Assembly: GCA_963781585.1 (NCBI GenBank)
Contig: CAWAGQ010000010.1
Span: forward strand, 32,001-96,000
DNA from: an uncultured Gemmatimonadaceae bacterium
Lineage (GTDB): Bacteria > Gemmatimonadota > Gemmatimonadetes > Gemmatimonadales > Gemmatimonadaceae
DNA: 64,000 nt
Direction of reading: 5' to 3'
Numbering within the stretch: position 1 is the stretch's first letter; every line of letters begins with the position of its first letter. The notes beneath the pieces were generated by a model. The model ran no database searches and was not told the DNA's origin. It was given only the letters and a program-made list of their open reading frames with translations. The translations under genes and the position numbers were made by a program. Shown here piece after piece: positions 20,029 to 28,924 of the stretch.

Positions 20029-22836
20029 CTAACGTGGCGCTACGACGCGTGTGGGGAGCGCCGCGTTCTCGCGATCACCGCCACCCAACTGACCGTCGAC
20101 GTTGTAGCCCCAGCAGTACGCTTCGTTCAGCGTCGTGATGGCGCAGGTGTGCGCGCCGCTCGCGTGCAGCGCGGCCAGACGGGACAATCCGGTCACCGCC
20201 ACCGGACGGGAGTGATCGGTGGTGGTGCCGTCACCAAGCTGGCCGTACGCGTTGCGTCCCCAGCACAGCGCCCGCCCGTCGATCGTACGGGCGCAGGAGT
20301 GTCCGCTTCCCGCCACCACCGTCAGAAACGTCGCGGACGCATCCACCACGCGGGGGAACAGCGCCGGTACGCCCGGCGTGCCGGTGCCGAGTTGCCCGTA
20401 GTTGTTCTGACCCCAGCAATACGCCATGCCGGACGGTGCGACCCCGCACGAGTGCGCGCTCCCGGCGGCAATGCTGATGAACCGCGCGTCGGTTGCCACC
20501 GCAACGGGCGTGGTGCGGTCGGTGGTGCTTCCATCACCGAGCTGTCCGTTCCGATTCTCGCCCCAGCAATAGCCAATTCCGTCGAGTGTGAGCGCGCACG
20601 TGTGGTTCCAGCCGACCGCCAGGACCGCAACCGTGGCGGGAAGGGGAACAGGGACAGGCGCCGTTCTGGAGGAACGAGTGCCGTCTCCGAGCTGACCGTA
20701 CGCATTCGCGCCCCAGCAGAAGACAATCCCGGCCCGCGACAGCGCGCAGGTATGAGCGGCGCCGGTGCGCACCAACTGGAAGGTCGTGGCGCTGTTCACG
20801 TGAACCGGTGCCGCGCGCACCGACGTCGTGCCATCGCCGAGCTGTCCGGAATCGTTCTTTCCCCAGCAGTAGAGTTCACCGCCTGCTGTAACGCCGCAGG
20901 TGTGCCAGGCACCGGCCGCGATCTGGGTGAAGCCGAAGTCGCCCACCACCGGTTCCGGCGAGGTGCGTCCCTGGAACGATCCGTCGCCCAGTTGACCGCT
21001 CTCGTTGTTTCCCCAGCACGCCGCGCGCCCGTTGTCACCGATCAGACAGGAGTGTCGACTGCCGGCCGTAATGGTGCCGCGAACCACAGGGAAGATGAGC
21101 GCACGTACGGGCGTCGCCGGCGGGACCGGAGTCGTGTTCACCGTCGAGGACTGGCGTGTGAGCGTGGAGCCCGCTGCCCCGCCAGCAACCGGTGGCGGAG
21201 TGCCGGAGACCGTCGGGGCTATCCGCGCGACGGAATCGCGTGAACCCGGGGACGTTCGCGTTCGCGCGGTGGCGGAGTTCGGGACCGGCTCTCCGGCACT
21301 CTTCGCGGCGGTCACGCCGCTCTTCCTGGCGGCAGCCTCGTCGCGCGGTGGGGTGAGGGGTCCTGGCGAGGAGCTGACGTGCGCGTCGGGTACGGTGCGA
21401 CCCGCGAGCGTGTCGGGCGGGGCCGCTGCCGCGAGGTCAAAGGTGGAATCCGATTGCTTGCGCACCGAGTCGGCGCTGGCAACGGGCACTTCCACGGCGG
21501 CCCGATCGTTCATGAGGGCGACTGAGCCCCCTGCCGCAGCGCCGACGTCCCGCGCTGGCAACCCGAGCCCGAACCAGAGCGCGCCCGCGCTGGCGATCAG
21601 CACCATACCGCCGGCGGCGAGCCAGAGTCCGAAACGCGACTCCCGACGAACCTCCTTCTGTACCTCAAAACCCCGGAGCACGGGCTCGATCGCGTCCACT
21701 TGCTCGAACGACAGCTCCTTCAGCGCTCCATCGGGGTCCGTGGTCGCCGGCGCGTCCGCGGGCGAGCCAACACGCACCGCCTGACGATCGAACTTGACCG
21801 TCTGGAGCACCGCCTCGCTCGCGGGACCGCCCTCGCCGCGCGCCTGGCGCGTCGTCGCTGAGCGTCGTCGCCGGCGCCTTGCCGACTGCCATTCCCGGAA
21901 TCCCGGCGGCATCGGCTCGCTGCTCAACAGCGCGAGAAACCGCCCGGCGCTGCTCCAGCGGCGGTCGGGGTTCTTCTGCATCAGCCCCTCCAGCAGGTAC
22001 TGGAGGGTGGGGGACACGTCCTTGCGGAATTCGTCCAGGGGTGCCAGGAAATCGTGCTTCTGCCGGTAGATCACGTTGTACAGCGTCTCGCCGGACCACG
22101 GGCGGGCACCAGTCAGCATCTCCCAACCGACCATGCCCAGGCTGTACAGATCGCTGCGTCCGTCGATGTGAAATCCGTCGATCTGCTCGGGCGCCATGTA
22201 GGTCGGCGTGCCGATGGTGGTGCCGGTGGCGGTGAGCTCGGTGGGGGCGTCCAGCACGCGCGCCACGCCGAAGTCCGACAGCATTGCGCGTCCCGAGACT
22301 TCGTCGAGGAAGATGTTCTCCGGCTTCACATCCCGATGCACCACCCCCGCCTTGTGGGCGTAGGCCAGCGCGCGGGCCACGTCGCGCAGCACGTGCTCGG
22401 CGCGCGTGACGTCGAATGGTCCGGCCTCGAGCGCCGCCTTCAGCGTGCGTCCCGGCACCAGCTGCATTACGAGCGCCAGGCTGCCGTCGGAGAGGTGTCG
22501 TATCGCGTAGACGCCGACGATGTTCGGATGCTGCAGCTGGGCCACCGTCCGCGCCTCGCGGGCCAGCCGCGACACGGCTTCTGCGTCGGGAGAAAGGCGA
22601 GGCTGTACCACCTTGATCGCCACGTCACGCTGCAGGGCGCGGTCGCGTGCGCGGAACACCACCGCCATCCCCCCGCGCCCCAGCTCACCCAGCAGCTCGT
22701 AATCGGGATCGAGCTCACTCGGCCAGAGCGCGGGTCCTCCCCCCGGGTCCCGGCCGCCCTCTCCGAAGGCTGGCTCCGTCACCGGTGCCTCACGCGGCGG
22801 CAGTTCGCCCGGTACGTGTTCGCCGTCGCTCCGCAT
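20029..22836 (-). CDS. Transmembrane Hanks-type Ser/Thr kinase with a C-terminal 7-repeat RCC1/BLIP-II beta-propeller
   Basis: Kinase motifs LGRGGMAVV, VAIK, HRDVKPEN, DFG, GTPTYMAPE; TM segment FGLWLAAGGMVLIASAGALWFGL; seven G..H[TS]C...CWG.N..GQLG repeats. Confidence 0.92.
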   Translation of the reverse strand: MRSDGEHVPGELPPREAPVTEPAFGEGGRDPGGGPALWPSELDPDYELLGELGRGGMAVVFRARDRALQRDVAIKVVQPRLSPDAEAVSRLAREARTVAQLQHPNIVGVYAIRHLSDGSLALVMQLVPGRTLKAALEAGPFDVTRAEHVLRDVARALAYAHKAGVVHRDVKPENIFLDEVSGRAMLSDFGVARVLDAPTELTATGTTIGTPTYMAPEQIDGFHIDGRSDLYSLGMVGWEMLTGARPWSGETLYNVIYRQKHDFLAPLDEFRKDVSPTLQYLLEGLMQKNPDRRWSSAGRFLALLSSEPMPPGFREWQSARRRRRRSATTRQARGEGGPASEAVLQTVKFDRQAVRVGSPADAPATTDPDGALKELSFEQVDAIEPVLRGFEVQKEVRRESRFGLWLAAGGMVLIASAGALWFGLGLPARDVGAAAGGSVALMNDRAAVEVPVASADSVRKQSDSTFDLAAAAPPDTLAGRTVPDAHVSSSPGPLTPPRDEAAARKSGVTAAKSAGEPVPNSATARTRTSPGSRDSVARIAPTVSGTPPPVAGGAAGSTLTRQSSTVNTTPVPPATPVRALIFPVVRGTITAGSRHSCLIGDNGRAACWGNNESGQLGDGSFQGRTSPEPVVGDFGFTQIAAGAWHTCGVTAGGELYCWGKNDSGQLGDGTTSVRAAPVHVNSATTFQLVRTGAAHTCALSRAGIVFCWGANAYGQLGDGTRSSRTAPVPVPLPATVAVLAVGWNHTCALTLDGIGYCWGENRNGQLGDGSTTDRTTPVAVATDARFISIAAGSAHSCGVAPSGMAYCWGQNNYGQLGTGTPGVPALFPRVVDASATFLTVVAGSGHSCARTIDGRALCWGRNAYGQLGDGTTTDHSRPVAVTGLSRLAALHASGAHTCAITTLNEAYCWGYNVDGQLGGGDRENAALPTRVVAPR

Positions 22837-22848
22837 CGCGATCCCGGG

Positions 22849-23601
22849 TCAATGCTCATGGTAGACGAACACCACCGCACCCATCTCCAGTCGGTCTCCC
22901 TCCTGGAGGGTGAGCGCGCGGCCGGTTGGCGGGAGCGCCACACCGTTCAACGTCACCGGATTCGTCTGCGAGAGGTTGGCGAGGTGCCAGCGACCGGCGG
23001 AATACGAGAGTCGTGCGTGCTGGCGGCTCACGGTTGGATCGATCAATTGCACGTGCCGCAGCGGCGGACCCTCGCTCCGGCCGAACGTGACCGTGGTGCT
23101 CTCCTCCCCGACGCGACGCATGAAATGGATCTCCTGACCGACGTCGGTTCCGCCAACCACCTCCAGTCGACCCGGCAGGAACTCCAGAGTGCCTTCTTCC
23201 GCGCGATAATAGCGGACCTGACTCCCGGCGACCAAGTGCCCGCCATCCGGGATCTCCTGCGTTATCGCCTCCATCGGCTGCGTGGGCCGCTCGATGATCG
23301 GCTCGTCGGCCACGAGGATCACATCGTCTTCCTCCGCCTCCGTGACTGATCTCGCGGTAGGGGGCACCTGGCGAATGGAGGGGGGTGAGCGGTGCGGGGA
23401 GGGCTGGACCTCGCGCAGGGCAGGCGGTCTGGTCAAGGGAACGTCGGTTGCCATCAGAGGCATGATCAGCGCGGGCGCAGTGTGGCGACGCAGCGCCAGG
23501 TCGCGCCGCCAGCGGACGATTCGTAGTCCCGCCAGCACGAGTGCCAGGGCAACGACCATGGCGCCCGCAATGATGAGAAGGTTGACAGTGCTGACTCCCA
23601 T
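22849..23601 (-). CDS. Membrane-anchored FHA domain protein
   Basis: N-terminal TM, Pro-rich linker, FHA motifs TFGRS, VSRQHA, SQTNP, GDRLEMG. Start moved to ATG 23601. Confidence 0.85.
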   Translation of the reverse strand: MGVSTVNLLIIAGAMVVALALVLAGLRIVRWRRDLALRRHTAPALIMPLMATDVPLTRPPALREVQPSPHRSPPSIRQVPPTARSVTEAEEDDVILVADEPIIERPTQPMEAITQEIPDGGHLVAGSQVRYYRAEEGTLEFLPGRLEVVGGTDVGQEIHFMRRVGEESTTVTFGRSEGPPLRHVQLIDPTVSRQHARLSYSAGRWHLANLSQTNPVTLNGVALPPTGRALTLQEGDRLEMGAVVFVYHEH

Positions 23602-23809
23602 TCCGGCTTGACGGCTCCGTGACAGAGTGCGCAGGCGACTCCCCTGACCAACTCGCCTCCGGTACCGGTGCTGGTGCCCGGCTGTCCGAAACGCCCTCCT
23701 TGGCGACACGGGCCCCGGGACGCGGCACGGCCCCCAGTCCTAAGCTAGACGCGCCTCACGGGCGCGCCAGTGACCAACGCTACCGAGCGCCTGGCGGCGT
23801 ACCGGATGG

Positions 23810-24601
23810 CTATTTGGCCCTGAATCGGAACACCACCTCCCCCATCTCGATTCGATCGCCCTCGTTCAGCAACACCGAGCCGTCGTCCCCTTCGAGCGGA
23901 GTGTCGTTGACGATCACCGGGTTGGTGGCCGACATGTTGCCCAGGCGCCATCGACGTCCTTCCAGGGTGAGTTTCGCGTGCAAGCGGCTCACGGTGTGCT
24001 CATGGAGCTGCACGTGGCGATACTGGGGTCCGTCGCTCCGGCCAAAGGTGACCACCGTGTCCTTCTCGCCCGGATGTCGCACGAAGCGGATTTCCTGTCC
24101 CACGTCGCGGCCCTCAATCACCTCGAGCCTGCCCGGAAGGAACTGGAGCGTGCCGTCGGGCGTTCGCTGCGGACGCCGTGGCGGGGTACGCGGCTCTGCT
24201 CGCGACGTCGTTGATTCGGTCGCAAAGGTCTCGAGCCGGAGGTGAGGCGCTGAGGGTTCGGTGGACGCACCCGCACCCGCGTCCGCGACCGCCGGTCCAT
24301 CCGTACCGGTGGCGGATGCCACGGTGACGTTCGGCTCTGCTGACGGGCGCGCCGGATACTGTGGAGGGCTCGCGACGCGCCCCGGCTGCGCCGCGGGTTG
24401 GGCCGCGGGTTGCGGCGTCGGGCTCGATCGGATGGGGCGGGGAGGAACGATGTCGCGCGGTACGTTCAGTACTGCGACCGCGATGGGGCGGTGCATTTTG
24501 CGGCGACGGTTCATCCGGGGGAGCATCACGCCGAACAGCACCGCGAGAGCGATCGCGGCGACCGGAAGCAGCACGATAACGACGATGTCGTTACTCCTCA
24601 C
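23810..24601 (-). CDS. Membrane-anchored FHA domain protein (paralog of 22849-23601)
   Basis: N-terminal TM, Pro-rich linker, FHA motifs TFGRS, VSRLHA, SATNP, GDRIEMG. Confidence 0.85.
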   Translation of the reverse strand: MRSNDIVVIVLLPVAAIALAVLFGVMLPRMNRRRKMHRPIAVAVLNVPRDIVPPRPIRSSPTPQPAAQPAAQPGRVASPPQYPARPSAEPNVTVASATGTDGPAVADAGAGASTEPSAPHLRLETFATESTTSRAEPRTPPRRPQRTPDGTLQFLPGRLEVIEGRDVGQEIRFVRHPGEKDTVVTFGRSDGPQYRHVQLHEHTVSRLHAKLTLEGRRWRLGNMSATNPVIVNDTPLEGDDGSVLLNEGDRIEMGEVVFRFRAK

Positions 24602-24902
24602 AGGGCGGGTACGTCGCTGCAGAGAAGGTCAATGACCAGAGGGTGAAGTTGGGAGGTCGGTGTCAGAGATCGGACCGTGGAACCGCCCGGCGCGCGCAGG
24701 ACGCCGGATAAAGGGTATTAGGCCCCTCATTATAGATAGTACGACGAAGCAGGTTCGAGCGTGTGACGGAGAGCACTCAGTCAGGTAGCGAGGGTGAATC
24801 CAACCGTTCGGAATCCGGAGGCTCGCGTCGATTTCCCGATCGCTTCTCGACCCCTGTGCCTGGGAGGCTCCCTGACGCAAAAGAGCTATGCAGTCATTGA
24901 AG

Positions 24903-24931
24903 TTGGATGGAGGAACGGGGCGCGTTAAAAT
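24903..24931 (+). promoter_or_regulatory. Putative sigma70 promoter of tRNA-Ile
   Basis: TTGGAT-17 bp-TAAAAT. A second candidate, TTGGCG-18 bp-TAGGTT, lies at 24948-24977. Confidence 0.55.
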
Positions 24932-24991
24932 AGTTGTGTCGGCGGAATTGGCGCGACGAGGTGACGCAGCTTAGGTTGTCAGCCCTTGTAA

Positions 24992-25065
<74 letters not shown>

Positions 25066-25081
25066 TTTCTTCACGGTGTTT

Positions 25082-25116
25082 GCCCGTCGGAGCCCAGGGG
25101 CTCTGCGCGGGCTTTT
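25082..25116 (+). terminator. Rho-independent terminator after tRNA-Ile
   Basis: gcccg..ggagcc-cagg-ggctct..cgggc hairpin followed by TTTT. Confidence 0.65.
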
Positions 25117-25298
25117 CGCGTGCAGCATGGCGCTTCGAGCTTTCAGGATTGAGCCGCTGGCCCTCCATTCGGGCGCTCCATTCGCCTCGCCGTTCCGGGA
25201 CGCAGATGGGTTGCCGGGTTGAGGCGGCGGCTCCGCGAAAGACGCCACCCGAGGTCGTCGGTAGAGAGGCTCAGAAGTGGCCACTCTGGACACACTGT

Positions 25299-25323
25299 AT
25301 GACCGGTTGGAAGTTGCGGTCAT
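25299..25323. promoter_or_regulatory. Inverted repeat, putative antitoxin operator
   Basis: ATGACCG-11 bp-CGGTCAT, overlapping the antitoxin start codon. Confidence 0.45.
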
Positions 25324-25540
25324 GAAGAAGATCACTGCGGAAAAGTTCGAGGAGCAGTGTCTCGCTATTCTCGAGGGACTGGGTCCCGAAGGCGTCGTGG
25401 TCACGAAGCACGGCCGGCCCGTGGCCCGCGTACTCCCGATGCGAGAATCGTCGGCGGAGCTGATTGGGGCGCTGAGGGGGCAGGTCACGATCAAGGGCGA
25501 CTTGCTCAGCACTGGCGTATCGTGGGAGGCCGATCGTTAG
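25322..25540 (+). CDS. Type II antitoxin, Phd/YefM family
   Basis: MKKITAEKFEEQCLAIL...VVVTKHGRPVARVLP is the typical Phd/YefM pattern. Confidence 0.82.
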   Translation: MKKITAEKFEEQCLAILEGLGPEGVVVTKHGRPVARVLPMRESSAELIGALRGQVTIKGDLLSTGVSWEADR

Positions 25541-25720
25541 GCTCGACACGCATGTGCTCGTGTTCGCCCTGGCCGGCAAGCTCACGAGGACCAAGCGGCG
25601 AGTCGTCACGGCCGAAACGTGGAGGTCCCGGCCATCGTGCTCTGGGAGCTGGCAAAGCGCGTGCAGCCAGGCCGTCTGGAGCTCGATCTCGATGACGCCG
25701 AGAAGGTGCAGCTCCCGAGC
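25533..25720 (+). pseudogene. vapC: VapC/PIN-domain toxin pseudogene (frameshifted, truncated)
   Basis: LDTHVLVFAL in one frame, then AIVLWELAK...GRLELDLDD in another. No ATG before LDTH, and the C-terminal half of the PIN domain is missing. Confidence 0.75.
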
Positions 25721-25901
25721 CGGAGGAGGACAAATCCGGAATCAGGCTGAGAAATGTGCTCTCCATCCATATCCCGATCATGAGGATCGTGAACGATCCC
25801 GGAATTGGCTCGAGTCGACCGGAGGGAGCGGAGGAACACAGAGCTATTGAACGGCCGGGACGAGACACATCTTTGAGGGCACACCCATGCCGGATCATTC
25901 C

Positions 25902-26435
25902 ATGCGCCGTTTCCTCGTGCTCTTCGCTCTCGCTGCGTGCGCGTCCCCGAAAACGTCCGGCACAGACGAGATTACGCCACGACAGGCAACGGTGCTCACC
26001 GATGACCGCGTCATCAAGGCGGACGCCCCGCGCGCGGTGAGCCTCGAGATCGCCGCACCGCCAACGTCGGTCTGGACGATCGTCAAGCGAGTCTACCAGT
26101 CTCTCGAGGTTCCCGTCACGGTCGAGAACACGAAAACCCGGCAGATCGGCAACAACGACTTCTTCAAGTCACGCTCGATGGCGGGGCTCCCCATGTCGCA
26201 CTTCGTCGACTGCGGCACCGGCATGACGGGCTCGAAGGCAGACTCCTACCGGATCCACATGTCCGCTCTCACGATCGTCGCACCAAACGGGCAGGGCGGA
26301 ACCCGCCTCGAGACGACTTTCGTGCCGATCGGCCAGGATGTCAGCGGCGGGAGCGCCGATCGCATTTCCTGCGGCACGACCGGGAACTTCGAGGCGTTGA
26401 TCAACGAGAACGTGCGCGACAACGTGAAACGATAG
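25902..26435 (+). CDS. Hypothetical lipoprotein
   Basis: MRRFLVLFALAA-C lipobox; two further Cys (VDCG, ISCG). Confidence 0.75.
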   Translation: MRRFLVLFALAACASPKTSGTDEITPRQATVLTDDRVIKADAPRAVSLEIAAPPTSVWTIVKRVYQSLEVPVTVENTKTRQIGNNDFFKSRSMAGLPMSHFVDCGTGMTGSKADSYRIHMSALTIVAPNGQGGTRLETTFVPIGQDVSGGSADRISCGTTGNFEALINENVRDNVKR

Positions 26436-26560
26436 GAGCCCTCCGCCCGCGCGTGTTGTCCGGCGCGCTCGCAGGCTCCGCCGACCGGGCGGCGTGGCGC
26501 GACCGGATGCAGCCATCGGGCTGGCATACTCAGCCGGCAGGCTCCATCTTGCTCCCGGTC

Positions 26561-28816
26561 ATGAGTCTGCAAGAGCGCCTCGAGCAAAGCCTCGCCGGAC
26601 GGTACGCTGTTGAGCGAGAGCTCGGCGAGGGCGGGATGGCAATCGTGTTTCTCGCCCGGGACCTCCGCCACGACCGCAGCGTCGCACTCAAGGTGCTGAG
26701 GCCGGAGGTGTCCGCGGAAATCGGCGCCGAGCGCTTCCTCGGCGAGATCAAGATGGCCGCGCGACTCACTCACCCGCACATCCTCCCGGTTCACGACTCG
26801 GGCGACGCCGACGGCCTCCTGTTCTACGTGATGCCGAACATGCAGGGGCGCTCGCTGCGAGAGCTGCTCAATCGCGAGAAGCAGCTGCCGCTTGAGGATG
26901 CCCTCCGCATCACGCGCGAGATCGCGTCCGCGCTCGACTACGCACACCGCCAACAGGTGATCCACCGCGACGTGAAGCCCGAGAACATTCTGCTGCACGA
27001 GGGCGCGGCGATGATGGCGGATTTCGGTATCGGCAAGGCCCTGAGCGGCGGAAAGTCGGTGACCAGGACGGGGATGACGCTGGGCACTCCGGCGTACATG
27101 AGTCCCGAACAGGCGGGCGGCGAGAGCGACGTCGATGGCCGCAGCGATCTCTACAGCCTCGGCTGCGTGCTCTACGAAATGCTCACCGGTGAAGTGCCGT
27201 TCGGCGGCCCGACGGCAGCGGCGATGATCGCCAAGCGATTCGTATCGCCGGTACCGCGCGTTCGCGTGACCCGCGATGTTCCGGAGGCGGTGGAGGCGGC
27301 GGTAACTCGCGCGCTTGCGCGGACGCCGGTGGACCGGTTTCGGACCGGTGCGGAGTTCGCCGATGCGCTACGAATGGTTCTCGGCGACGGTCACGCGGGG
27401 CCGACACGTACCCCGCCCGAGATCAGGAGCACTTCCGCCGGAAAGTCCATTGCCGTCCTGCCGCTCACGAATCGGAGCGCCGATCCGGAAAACGAGTACT
27501 TCAGCGACGGGATGACCGAGGAGATCATCAACGTGCTGGGCAAGGTCGCCGGCATTCAGGTGGCGTCCTGCACATCGAGCTTCGCGTTCAAAGGAAAGGA
27601 CGTCGACATCCGCCAGATCGGCGAAAAGCTCGGCGTGGGTACGGTACTCGAGGGCGGCGTGCGCAAGGTGGGCAACCGGATCCGCGTGACGGCCCAGCTC
27701 ACCGACGTTCACACCGGGTATACGCTCTGGACCGAGACCTACGATCGACAGCTGGAGGACGTCTTTGCCATCCAGGACGAAATCTCCCGCGCCATCGTGG
27801 ACGCGCTGAAGCTCAAGCTCGTCGGGGCCGACTCGCTGGTGGCCCCAGCGACCACGAATCTCGAAGCCTACACCCTGTATCTGCAGGGGCGATTCGTGTT
27901 CAACAAGTTCACCGAGCCGGATCTCCGAAAGGCCATCGAAGTGTTCGAGCAGGCGCTGGCGATCGACCCGGGCTACGCGAAGGCCCATGCCGGCATCGCC
28001 GATAGCTGGTCCCGCCTTGCGGACGATTGGGTGGCTCCCGCCGAATCCTACCCCCAGGCGGAGGCGGCAGCCCGACGGGCACTCGCCCTGGACGCCAACC
28101 TGCCCGACGCGCTGACCGCGCTCGGGAGAGTGCACTGCTGGTACCGCTGGGACTTCGGCCTGGCCGAGCGCGAACTCCGCGCGTCGATTGCGATCAGCCC
28201 CAACACGGCCGAGACACATTTCGTGCTGGGTACCACGCTACCGGCGCTCGGGAGATTGTCGGAGTCGATCGGCGAGATGCGCCAGGCGCTGGTGTTCGAC
28301 CCGCTTTCTCCCGTCTATGGGCGGTACCTCGGCCGGTTTCTGGTCTACGCGGGTGAGTACGACGCGGCAATCCGCCAGGGCCACATGACCCTCGAGCTTC
28401 ATGCCGGCTACACACCCGCGTACGTGAACATCGGAGCAGCCTACCTGGGACAGGGCAAGGCGACGGAAGCCCTCGATTGGTTCCAGCGCGGGCAGTCGCT
28501 CGATTCGGCTGTGCGATCGTACGATGCGTATATCGTTCGTGCCCTCGCGGCGCTCGGCGAGCGGGAGGAGGCTGAGGCAATCCTCCGCCGGCTGGAGGGG
28601 CAGGGTGCCAGGCAGTACATCCGCGCCGAGAGCCTGGCCATGGGCTATGCAGCAACCGGCGACCGCGACCGCGCGTTCCTCTACCTCGAGCGGGCGTTCC
28701 GAGAGCGGTCGGCCGGTCTGATTTTCCTTCACGTCGATACGGGATACCATCCACTTCGCACCGATCCGCGGTACGCCGAACTTGTCGGCCGCATCGGACT
28801 GCGGCCGGAGACATGA
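26561..28816 (+). CDS. Ser/Thr protein kinase with TolB-like domain and TPR repeats
   Basis: Kinase motifs LGEGGMAIV, VALK, HRDVKPEN, DFG, GTPAYMSPE; SIAVLPL.N.S.DPENEYFSDGMTEEII domain; C-terminal TPRs. Start at ATG 26561. Confidence 0.92.
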   Translation: MSLQERLEQSLAGRYAVERELGEGGMAIVFLARDLRHDRSVALKVLRPEVSAEIGAERFLGEIKMAARLTHPHILPVHDSGDADGLLFYVMPNMQGRSLRELLNREKQLPLEDALRITREIASALDYAHRQQVIHRDVKPENILLHEGAAMMADFGIGKALSGGKSVTRTGMTLGTPAYMSPEQAGGESDVDGRSDLYSLGCVLYEMLTGEVPFGGPTAAAMIAKRFVSPVPRVRVTRDVPEAVEAAVTRALARTPVDRFRTGAEFADALRMVLGDGHAGPTRTPPEIRSTSAGKSIAVLPLTNRSADPENEYFSDGMTEEIINVLGKVAGIQVASCTSSFAFKGKDVDIRQIGEKLGVGTVLEGGVRKVGNRIRVTAQLTDVHTGYTLWTETYDRQLEDVFAIQDEISRAIVDALKLKLVGADSLVAPATTNLEAYTLYLQGRFVFNKFTEPDLRKAIEVFEQALAIDPGYAKAHAGIADSWSRLADDWVAPAESYPQAEAAARRALALDANLPDALTALGRVHCWYRWDFGLAERELRASIAISPNTAETHFVLGTTLPALGRLSESIGEMRQALVFDPLSPVYGRYLGRFLVYAGEYDAAIRQGHMTLELHAGYTPAYVNIGAAYLGQGKATEALDWFQRGQSLDSAVRSYDAYIVRALAALGEREEAEAILRRLEGQGARQYIRAESLAMGYAATGDRDRAFLYLERAFRERSAGLIFLHVDTGYHPLRTDPRYAELVGRIGLRPET

Positions 28817-28924
28817 GCGCTCGTTGGTGGCGCGTGATCCCGGCGTCAGGCGGCTCCGGCACCTTCTCCTCCAGCGCCTTGGGGGCGGCGGGTTCCCGCT
28901 CGCGTAGTCTGTCGGCCTCGCGCC

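Noticed and set aside
24729..24758. Minus-strand TATAAT as the promoter of the FHA/kinase cluster
   Set aside because: The -10 is perfect but there is no convincing -35 at 16-18 bp; plausible but not supportable.
25554..25850. 98-aa ORF as an intact toxin
   Set aside because: It starts after the catalytic D of LDTH and leaves the PIN frame after about 25 codons.
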